Virus record (IMG/VR): IMGVR_UViG_2579778982_000017
DNA: 33,426 nucleotides
Origin: a virus
Taxonomy: Duplodnaviria; Heunggongvirae; Uroviricota; Caudoviricetes
Reading direction: 5' to 3' (one strand)
The notes beneath the pieces were generated by a model, which saw nothing but the letters and a program-made list of their open reading frames with translations, was not told the DNA's origin and did no database searches. The translations under genes were made by a program, and so were the position numbers. Positions 7,210-14,596 of the stretch are shown here, piece after piece; within the stretch, counting starts at the first letter, position 1, and each line of letters opens with the position of its first letter.

Positions 7210-7358
7210 ATGGTCTTGGCATTTTTCTGATGATTGTGGCCGTGTGTTTCTGTATCTCGCTGGTGGTTATTGCTGGTGTCCTGTGGCGCATCTTAGTGGC
7301 GCAGAGAGCTTTTCGGCTTAAGCGGGAGCAAATGCGCCTTGATTTCTATCGAAAGTAA
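7206..7358 (+). CDS. Small membrane protein (50 aa), not in the supplied ORF track
   Basis: ATG 7206; single transmembrane helix then basic tail (RLKREQMRLDFYRK); ends 8 bp before a terminator. Confidence 0.4.
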   Translation: MNGLGIFLMIVAVCFCISLVVIAGVLWRILVAQRAFRLKREQMRLDFYRK

Positions 7359-7366
7359 CTCTTACA

Positions 7367-7395
7367 GCCTCGCGGTGTCGCGGGGCTTTTATTTT
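7367..7395 (+). terminator. Intrinsic terminator
   Basis: GCCTCGCG-GTGT-CGCGGGGC hairpin followed by TTTTATTTT. Confidence 0.65.
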
Positions 7396-7406
7396 CAGGT
7401 GATGTT

Positions 7407-7817
7407 ATGGAAAAGAAAGAAGATAAACCGATTGCCATTGGTGCAGAGTCTGTTCCGTTTAAGTTTGAATTATCCCAACTGGTAACAATGCGTATCAGTG
7501 AAGAGTGGGGAGAAGTTCAAGCCCGTGCTCAGTATGCAAATGGCGAAAACCAGTATTTGATTCACTATCAGGCGGCTGATGGTCGTGCTACCACAGAGTG
7601 GTTCGGTGAATCGATGTTGATTGCGATGGAAGATGATCGTTATCCAGGCTGCCCTGTTTTTGCCTGTGTTGATTTGCCAGAAGGCGCGGTACTTGAAGAC
7701 GACAAAGAAGAATGCTCGTCTGATGGCGAACTTGTCATTACCGGAATCGTTGATGGTAAGCCGGAATACTCTCGTATTGAGGTAAATAACGGCCGCATCC
7801 GTTTGATCCCTGCGTAA
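7407..7817 (+). CDS. Hypothetical acidic protein (136 aa)
   Basis: ATG 7407 with AGGTGA upstream; no motif recognised. Confidence 0.55.
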   Translation: MEKKEDKPIAIGAESVPFKFELSQLVTMRISEEWGEVQARAQYANGENQYLIHYQAADGRATTEWFGESMLIAMEDDRYPGCPVFACVDLPEGAVLEDDKEECSSDGELVITGIVDGKPEYSRIEVNNGRIRLIPA

Positions 7818-7878
7818 CGCATTACAGCAGCTCTTGTGCTTATCAGGGGCTGCGATAATGCGCAAACCAAAGCTGCCT

Positions 7879-7923
7879 CATTAACTCCAGCTCGCTGTGG
7901 AGTTAATGCTGGTGGCTTTTTTA
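7879..7923 (+). promoter_or_regulatory. Perfect 11-bp inverted repeat hairpin with downstream T-run (terminator or operator)
   Basis: CATTAACTCCA-8 nt-TGGAGTTAATG, then CTGGTGGC and TTTTTTA; in the 234-bp spacer upstream of the first ParB-like gene. Confidence 0.35.
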
Positions 7924-8051
7924 TTACTGGAAGGTGGGCGACCGCCGTCAGTTGCGACCTGACGACAGTCATTCATACCCACAGGGTGCCGTGGATACAA
8001 ACCGAGGCCCACTTGCTTGCACAAGCGAGGGGATTTTAGCGGATAAACGGC

Positions 8052-8675
8052 ATGACAAAACATCTTAATGTGGTTTCTTTACCACTTTCTGTGTTGATTG
8101 GTTATGAAAAGAACGCTCGCACACACTCCGTGGAGCAGGTAGATCAGATTGTTGCCAGCATACAGGAGTACGGATGGACTAATCCGATCCTGATAGACGA
8201 GAACAACGTTGTAATTGCTGGTCATGGTCGAATTGCTGCGGCCACTCAGTTGGGGATGGATGAGGTTCCCTGCATTGTTCTGGAAGGGCTAACGGAGAAT
8301 CAGAAGAAGGCATATCGTCTGGCCGACAACCGTATTCCGCTGAATGCTGGTTGGGATGAAGAGTTGTTAAGCGCGGAGCTTGCAGATCTTGCGGCCGATG
8401 ATTTTGCTCTGGACTCAATTGGTTTTACTCAGCGCGAACTGGATAACTTATTGAGTGCGGCGGTCTACGATGACACAGAGGGTATGGATATCCCATTTGA
8501 GAAGGATGAGGCCAAATCAGGCGTAAAAGTTCAGTACCTGTCATTTGGAGGTCATAAAATCCCGGCAACGGATGAGGAAGCGGATCGTTTTGACTGCGCG
8601 GTGTCTCGTTATGTTGATGATAATGGCAGCTATATCGGATTTGTATCCGCATTGCTGGCTGGGGAGGTGTGCTGA
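8052..8675 (+). CDS. ParB-like N-terminal (ParB/Srx fold) domain protein with acidic C-terminal region
   Basis: PILIDENNVVIAGHGRIAAATQLGMDEVPCIVL and QKKAYRLADN are ParB N-domain-like; stop overlaps next start (TGATG). Confidence 0.75.
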   Translation: MTKHLNVVSLPLSVLIGYEKNARTHSVEQVDQIVASIQEYGWTNPILIDENNVVIAGHGRIAAATQLGMDEVPCIVLEGLTENQKKAYRLADNRIPLNAGWDEELLSAELADLAADDFALDSIGFTQRELDNLLSAAVYDDTEGMDIPFEKDEAKSGVKVQYLSFGGHKIPATDEEADRFDCAVSRYVDDNGSYIGFVSALLAGEVC

Positions 8676-10048
8676 TGCTTCACCTGAATTACGACATAAC
8701 GCACCTACGCGGCGCGGAATATAACCCGCGTTTTATCGGTGAGGATGATCTTGCGAGGCTGGCGGAAAGCGTCAGGGAGCTGGGGCTTGTGAAGCCATTG
8801 ATAGTGCGCGGCGATTTGCTGGTGGCGGGACACCAAAGGACGAAGGCGCTACGTAAGTTGGGAATAACGCGTGCTGCGGTGTATGTGTTGCCCTGTGAAA
8901 CGACGGTATACGATGAAGTACGGTTTAACCAACTGCATAACGGAACGGATTTTGATAGCGGAGATGAGCGTTGCAGGGTGTCCGGTCTGGAAGATAAGCA
9001 TGGTTTTGTTCAGGTATCGGCAAGCCAGATCTCAGGCAATATGCGCGCGAAAATGGCATATGTTCGAAAGAACATAGCGGAACTGGTTATCAAGTATGGT
9101 CCGTGGGGGGGTTGTGTTGCTACTCAGTCTGGTGAGGTTATTCACTGTGCTCAGTATGCATTAGCAGCGAAAATGACGCGCACACCGCTAACGGTGTTTG
9201 TGATCCCTGATGTTGAGAAGGAAAAATACCAAAGTTATCTGAATAAAACTTATGGTGTATTTGAGTATTCTCATCTGGAGAAAACAACATATATCCAGAC
9301 GTATGCGCAGCTTATGCGGTTGCGTAATGGTGGCAGCCTGAAATCAAATCTGTATGAGTCGTTGATCCTCCCGATCATTGCCAAGACGCCAAGAGGAATT
9401 GATTTTGGTTCGGGGCAGGGAGACTACGCGCGAATGCTCAGGGCAAAGGGATATAACCTGCATGATCTCGAGCTTTTTCGCCGTAAGGGCGCTGGAAACA
9501 CTCTGGATAGGACCGCAACAAACCGGATGATTGATACGCTGGTGGACGACTTAAAAACGCGAGGGCGTTACGACTACGTGATTTGCGATAGCGTTTTGAA
9601 CTCGGTCGATAGTGTCGAGGCTGAATGGTCCGTTCTGACGGTTCTGAAAGGCCTGTGTAAAGCTGGTGGGTCAATATTCTTTTCTGGTCGTAGCCGTGGA
9701 GAGCTGGAAACAGTCCTGAAGCAAACACAAGCGGCGAGTTCCAAAAGCCGGCTTTATTTTATTGATCATAACGGTTTTACCGCGTTGTACCGGAAGGGGC
9801 ACTGGTTTTACCAGAAGTTTCACTCTGATGATGAAGTGAAGCAGTTGTGCCGTGTACATGGTTTCAGGATTAAGCGGTCAATATTCAACTGTAAGAGCTG
9901 GTATTTGCACGTCATTAACGATGATTCCCTTAGTTGGGCGAGTCTGGAGAAAGCTGTTCGTTTTGAGTTTGAGTTGCCGTTGCCTGGTGGTTCAACAATC
10001 GGACGATCTGATGATGTGCTGGCGGCTTTCCGGCCGTTGATTAAGTAG
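8675..10048 (+). CDS. Fusion protein: ParB-like N-terminal domain + Rossmann-type SAM-dependent methyltransferase domain
   Basis: ATG 8675 with GGGGAGG 7 nt upstream (track uses GTG 8669). N-terminus PLIVRGDLLVAGHQRTKALRKLGI; C-terminal half has IDFGSGQGDY (SAM glycine loop), HDLELF and DYVICDSVLNSV; no DPPY/NPPY/DPPW motif seen. Confidence 0.7.
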   Translation: MLHLNYDITHLRGAEYNPRFIGEDDLARLAESVRELGLVKPLIVRGDLLVAGHQRTKALRKLGITRAAVYVLPCETTVYDEVRFNQLHNGTDFDSGDERCRVSGLEDKHGFVQVSASQISGNMRAKMAYVRKNIAELVIKYGPWGGCVATQSGEVIHCAQYALAAKMTRTPLTVFVIPDVEKEKYQSYLNKTYGVFEYSHLEKTTYIQTYAQLMRLRNGGSLKSNLYESLILPIIAKTPRGIDFGSGQGDYARMLRAKGYNLHDLELFRRKGAGNTLDRTATNRMIDTLVDDLKTRGRYDYVICDSVLNSVDSVEAEWSVLTVLKGLCKAGGSIFFSGRSRGELETVLKQTQAASSKSRLYFIDHNGFTALYRKGHWFYQKFHSDDEVKQLCRVHGFRIKRSIFNCKSWYLHVINDDSLSWASLEKAVRFEFELPLPGGSTIGRSDDVLAAFRPLIK

Positions 10049-10064
10049 TCTGTAGGAGGCGCTG

Positions 10065-10784
10065 GTGGCTGACAGAATTGAGATAAAGATGGATTTTTCT
10101 TCTCAGGATATTCAACGACAACTCCAGCGCCTTGAAGAACGCGAATTGCCGTTCGCAATGGCGCTTGCGGCAACCAGAACGGCAAAGGCTTCTCAGGCTG
10201 CGATTAAGAATGAAATTAATCGGGTATTTGACAGGCCCACGCCGTGGATTCAGAACTCTACTTACGTTTTGGCCGCAAAGAAGAGCGATCCTACAGCCAT
10301 TGTGTATGCTCGTGAATGGGGAGGAACGCCAGCCCCTGTAACGTTGACCCCGCAAATCGAAGGTGGCCAACGACAGTACAAACGCTCAGAAGGGGCGCTA
10401 AGGGCTGGTGGATATTTGCCTAACGGCTGGCAGCTTGCTCCTGGTCCCGGCGCAAAGCTGGACAAATATGGGAATATTTCGCGGGGGCAATTACAGCAGG
10501 TCTTATCTGGCCTAAGAGTTCAGCGAGATGCGCATCAAAATCGCCGTCAGGGCAAGCCTACGGAGTTTTTTGTTGTTCGACCTGGTACAAGTAACCCGCT
10601 TCAACCAGGCGTCTGGCAGCGCGTTGGGCGGCGTCCTACGTTGATCCTTACGTTTATCCAGCAACCTAACTATTCGCAGCGTCTTGATTGGCATGGCGTG
10701 GCGCTGCGTGCTGGTGAGGATGCGTTTGCTGATGAAGTCACAAAGGCTATTGATGACATTCTTTCTAAGACCTTCTCTCGTTAA
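10065..10784 (+). CDS. Hypothetical protein (239 aa), last gene of the ParB/methyltransferase operon
   Basis: GTG 10065 with GGAGG at 10054-10058, 17 nt after upstream stop; Gln/Arg/Pro-rich; no motif recognised. Confidence 0.55.
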   Translation: MADRIEIKMDFSSQDIQRQLQRLEERELPFAMALAATRTAKASQAAIKNEINRVFDRPTPWIQNSTYVLAAKKSDPTAIVYAREWGGTPAPVTLTPQIEGGQRQYKRSEGALRAGGYLPNGWQLAPGPGAKLDKYGNISRGQLQQVLSGLRVQRDAHQNRRQGKPTEFFVVRPGTSNPLQPGVWQRVGRRPTLILTFIQQPNYSQRLDWHGVALRAGEDAFADEVTKAIDDILSKTFSR

Positions 10785-10975
10785 TCATCGTGTGGTTGAT
10801 GGTGTTGTTATGCAGAGTGTATTCACTGTGTTCTGTAGCGTCGCTCGCTGGCTGTCTGTGGGGGAGCACGAGCATCGTTTCATCGTCCGGCAGAATTGGG
10901 TCCTTCTGGCCAAAAGCGTTGGATGCGGGTCATTCGAACCCCGATGTTCGGCTAGCTAAACGTGAAAAAAGTTAG

Positions 10976-11341
10976 GTTAAAAGTTGCGGTAAAAGAAATT
11001 TACTCATCTCATTGAAAAATATCGGGAAAACGTGATTTTTTGCTGTATTTGTGCTGGTAAAAAGAAAGTAGAAAATTTTCTTTTAGATCATCAAGATACG
11101 CGCAGATCTTTAACCAATGTGATGTTGTTCTGATAAAAATAGTTATAAATCATGCAAATACATCCAATCTTTTAACCAAAACACCATCGCAAGATCCTTT
11201 TTACTTATAAAAACTTAATAAAATCAGATAATTATGCTGGTTTGTGTGATTTTTTATGAGTAAAAAGATCGTCATTTTTCTCTTTTAGTATCAATAAGTT
11301 AAACAGTTTTCTTTAACCTGTTGTGTTATGGCGGTTAAAAA
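10976..11341. promoter_or_regulatory. Long AT-rich non-coding region with clustered GATC sites and short repeats (promoter or packaging-site candidate)
   Basis: ~365 bp without a credible ORF; GATC at 11086, 11105, 11193 and 11267; CTTTAACC-type repeats at ~11108, ~11168 and 11312; lies upstream of the packaging genes. Confidence 0.35.
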
Positions 11342-11932
11342 ATGGCTCTAAAAATCGAATATTTACCAGTCGGTAAGCTGCTCAGATACGCCAAAAATTC
11401 ACGGACTCATTCAGATGAGCAGGTTGAACAGTTGGTGAACAGTATCCGTGAGTTCGGTTTCACTAATCCTGTGCTGATCGATGAAAAGAATGAACTGATT
11501 GCGGGGCATGGTCGGCTTGCAGCAGCCGAAATTCTGGAAATGGATAAAGTTCCGGCGATTCGGTTGAGTAACCTTTCTGAAAAACAGAAGAAGGCGTACA
11601 GGATTGCAGATAACAAGCTGGCCTTAAATGCTGGCTGGGATATGCAGCTTCTGGCCGAAGAAGTCAAAGAGTTAATGGATGATGATTTTGATATTGATCT
11701 GCTTGGGTTTAATGATGCAGAGCTTGACGAAATGTTAAGCGATGAACAGCCGCAGGAAGAAGACGATAATTCTTCCCCTGTTGTTCAAATTAAGTACCTG
11801 GCTATTGATAAAGAACGTATTCCCGCGACGGATATGGAAATTGCATTGTTGCTGGATGTTTATCGTCAGTACCACGACGCGCATGAAACGCATGAGGGAT
11901 TTGTTCAGTATCTTGCTAATGGTTGCAAGTAA
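11342..11932 (+). CDS. ParB-like N-terminal domain protein, paralogue of 8052-8675
   Basis: About half the first ~130 residues identical by eye to 8052-8675 (RTHS-EQV, TNP-LIDE, IAGHGR, QKKAYR-ADN, LNAGWD); stop overlaps terminase start (TAATG). Confidence 0.75.
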   Translation: MALKIEYLPVGKLLRYAKNSRTHSDEQVEQLVNSIREFGFTNPVLIDEKNELIAGHGRLAAAEILEMDKVPAIRLSNLSEKQKKAYRIADNKLALNAGWDMQLLAEEVKELMDDDFDIDLLGFNDAELDEMLSDEQPQEEDDNSSPVVQIKYLAIDKERIPATDMEIALLLDVYRQYHDAHETHEGFVQYLANGCK

Positions 11933-12483
11933 TGGTCATCGTCAGTAAGTCAGAGTTTGCCCGCCGGAAAGGTATTTCTCCGGCAATGGTTACGAAGCTC
12001 TGTCGTTCCGGTCGCATTCCAGTGCTGAAAAGCGGCAAGCTGGATTTTGATAAAGCCAGTGCGGCTTATGAAGCGAGCCGACAGGTTGGCCGTGAGGTAT
12101 CTGCTGAAAATGGAAAAAGAGGGCATGGGATATCTTCGGAACAACCAGAGTTACCCGCTGATGATGCCGGATTAGCTGGTGGTACTTCCGGTGTTGCGGT
12201 GCAATTCAACAAGGCTAAGACCGCAGAAAAAATTTATCAGGCAAAGCTGAAACGCCTTGAATTTGAAGAAAAGGAAGGCTCTCTCATCGCTAAAGATGCG
12301 GTCAGGGATGATGCATTTCTGGCAGCTAATGAATTGCGTAGCCGCTTATTTAGTATTGCTCCAAGAGCAGCTCCCCGTTGTGAAGGCAAAACAGCCAGGG
12401 AGATCGAACGCATTATTGAAGACGAGATTAATTTTGCGCTTCAGGCGCTCCAGGAATCCCGATTTATTAAGCAGGAAGAATAA
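11932..12483 (+). CDS. Terminase small subunit (Nu1-like)
   Basis: Directly upstream of the large subunit; N-terminus SKSEFARRKGISPAMVTKLCRSGRIPV resembles the lambda Nu1 N-terminal DNA-binding pattern. ATG 11932 preferred over the track's TTG 11923. Confidence 0.65.
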   Translation: MVIVSKSEFARRKGISPAMVTKLCRSGRIPVLKSGKLDFDKASAAYEASRQVGREVSAENGKRGHGISSEQPELPADDAGLAGGTSGVAVQFNKAKTAEKIYQAKLKRLEFEEKEGSLIAKDAVRDDAFLAANELRSRLFSIAPRAAPRCEGKTAREIERIIEDEINFALQALQESRFIKQEE

Positions 12484-12488
12484 ACCTC

Positions 12489-14345
12489 ATGGGCGAAACA
12501 GTATGGAGCACCGCTTTTTTCCGTGCGCTTCGCCCTAAATCACGGCTAACTGTTTCCGAATGGGCTGATAAGTATCGTCATGTAGCGCCGGGAACGTCTC
12601 CAGAGCCAGGGCCGTGGTGTACAAGCCGAGTGCCATATTTGCGTGAACCAATGGATGTTATTGGTGACGCTGATACAGAAACAGTAGTGATGCAATGTAG
12701 CTCGCAAATTGGTAAATCCGAATTACAGCTAAATGTTATGGGTTACTTTGCAGATCAGGAGCCATCTCCTCAGTTGATGATTTATCCAACGGTAGAGGCG
12801 GCTGAGGCTTTTTCAAAAGAGCGTATTGATCCGACGTTCAAATATTCCCCTGGTTTGAAACACAAGCTGCATGAAGGGAAAGAGGGGCGCGGTGCAGCCA
12901 AAAAGTCCAGCACGACTATACGTATGAAGCATTACGCTGGTGGATATATAGCACTTGTTGGTGCTAATTCCCCAGCAGGTCTTGCATCCAGGCCAATTCG
13001 AATACTGTTAGCTGATGAGATTGATCGTTACGGTGTGACGCAGGAGGGCGACCCACTAAAACTAGGTATTCAGCGTACTACCAACTTTCATAATCGTAAG
13101 AAAGTTTTTGTTTCTACTCCTGTTTTGGAGGAAACGAGCAAAATCCACAAGTGGTTTAAGCTCTCCGATCAGCGTTACTACCATGTTCCTTGCCCATGTT
13201 GTGGCACCATGCAGGTGATGAAATGGTCGCAAGTCAGATGGGATAAGAGCGATTCAGGTGAGGCGTTACCGGAAACGGCCAGATATGAGTGCTGTGAGTG
13301 CGGCGGGATTATGCGCGGATCTGGTAAACCAGACGTTGATTGGTTGGCGAAGGGGGTTTGGATAGCTGAACATACTGGAGTTAAAGGTATTGTTGGTTTT
13401 CATATTAACAGTCTTTACTCCCCGTGGGTTGCATTGTCAGAGCTGGTTGAAGAATTTACGGAAGCAACCAGAAACCGCGATAAAAATGGATTAATGGAGT
13501 TTATTAACCTTAAGCTGGGTGAGCCATGGAAAGAGGATGCTAAAGACGATATAGATCCTGAATACTTGTTGCAACGCAGAATAAGGTTTGAAGAGTTTTT
13601 ACCAGATGATGTTTTATTGTTAAGTGCTGGTGTTGACGTACAGGACACGTATTTAGTTTGTGAATTGGTCGGTTGGGGAAAAGGTAAGGAGTCATGGGGG
13701 ATAGAATATAAAATATTCCCAGGTGATCCCGCACAAGATGTTGTCTGGAAACAACTTGATGAATACTTACTCCGTAGCTGGTCATTCCGTGACGGTCGAA
13801 AATTACAGATTTCTTCTGTTTGTATTGACTCTGGTGGGCATTTTACGACAGAGGTATATCGCTTTACTAAGCCGAGAGAATCAAGGCGAATATACTCTAT
13901 CAGGGGGCGTGGTGGGGTAGGTTTACCATTTATAGGAAAGCCAAGTAATAATAACCGTGTGGGTGCTATGTTGTTTAATTTAGGGGTTGATGATGGTAAA
14001 GGGACCATCATGGCAAGAATTAAACTACATGATCCTGGTCCTGGTTATATGCATTTCCCATTAGATTCTGACAGAGGATATGATACCGAATACTTTAAAG
14101 GATTATTATCAGAGAAAAAAATATTTGAATATAAAAATGGGCAGACAAAAGAAAAGTGGGTGAAAGTCTACGAGCGTAACGAGCCTCTTGATTGCCGTAA
14201 CTATGCAACTGCCGCGATGGAAATTCTGAACCCTAATTTTAACTGGCTTGCCGAACAGGAAATGCGAGGTAATGTGTATGTGCAGAACTCGTCAGGTATA
14301 CGTAGAAGACGCCGTAGAGTTATAAGTAAAGGCGTAACCATATAG
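12489..14345 (+). CDS. Terminase large subunit (lambda gpA family)
   Basis: 618 aa; N-terminal TVSEWADKYR and C-terminal NEPLDCRNYATAA resemble lambda gpA as I recall it; position before gpW-like and portal genes. Confidence 0.9.
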   Translation: MGETVWSTAFFRALRPKSRLTVSEWADKYRHVAPGTSPEPGPWCTSRVPYLREPMDVIGDADTETVVMQCSSQIGKSELQLNVMGYFADQEPSPQLMIYPTVEAAEAFSKERIDPTFKYSPGLKHKLHEGKEGRGAAKKSSTTIRMKHYAGGYIALVGANSPAGLASRPIRILLADEIDRYGVTQEGDPLKLGIQRTTNFHNRKKVFVSTPVLEETSKIHKWFKLSDQRYYHVPCPCCGTMQVMKWSQVRWDKSDSGEALPETARYECCECGGIMRGSGKPDVDWLAKGVWIAEHTGVKGIVGFHINSLYSPWVALSELVEEFTEATRNRDKNGLMEFINLKLGEPWKEDAKDDIDPEYLLQRRIRFEEFLPDDVLLLSAGVDVQDTYLVCELVGWGKGKESWGIEYKIFPGDPAQDVVWKQLDEYLLRSWSFRDGRKLQISSVCIDSGGHFTTEVYRFTKPRESRRIYSIRGRGGVGLPFIGKPSNNNRVGAMLFNLGVDDGKGTIMARIKLHDPGPGYMHFPLDSDRGYDTEYFKGLLSEKKIFEYKNGQTKEKWVKVYERNEPLDCRNYATAAMEILNPNFNWLAEQEMRGNVYVQNSSGIRRRRRRVISKGVTI

Positions 14346-14356
14346 AGGAAATATAA

Positions 14357-14596
14357 ATGAACAATGAAGCATTTTCTCTGACTGAAGCCAGAGAGATGTT
14401 ATCTGTCTGGCGGGAAGCATATCGCGCTATTGCTATTGGCGGTCAGTCATATAAATTTGGTACGCGGCAGTTAACTCGTGCGGATTTATCAGAAGTCAGA
14501 AAAGAGATGGATTACTGGCGTAATGAAGTAGAAAGATTATCAGCAGGTATACGCCGAGGCCCACGAATTAAACGAGTGGTGATAAGAGATTTATGA
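14357..14596 (+). CDS. Head-tail joining protein (lambda gpW-like)
   Basis: 79 aa between terminase and portal; C-terminal DLSEVRKEMDYWRNEVERL...RRGPR parallels lambda W. Confidence 0.65.
   Translation: MNNEAFSLTEAREMLSVWREAYRAIAIGGQSYKFGTRQLTRADLSEVRKEMDYWRNEVERLSAGIRRGPRIKRVVIRDL

Noticed and set aside
8669-8674. GTG 8669 as start of the ParB-methyltransferase fusion
   Set aside because: Only 1 nt after the GGGGAGG motif; ATG 8675 has normal spacing and overlaps the upstream stop.
10684-10975. ORFs 10684-10959 and 10790-10975 at the end of the ParB operon
   Set aside because: The first overlaps the 3' end of 10065-10784 out of frame; the second has no RBS and a Cys/Ser-rich low-complexity product. 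The region may be coding but I cannot support it.
13415-14011. - strand ORFs inside the large terminase gene (13415-14011, 13540-13785)
   Set aside because: Antisense to a highly confident gene; Ser/Pro-rich low-complexity translation.
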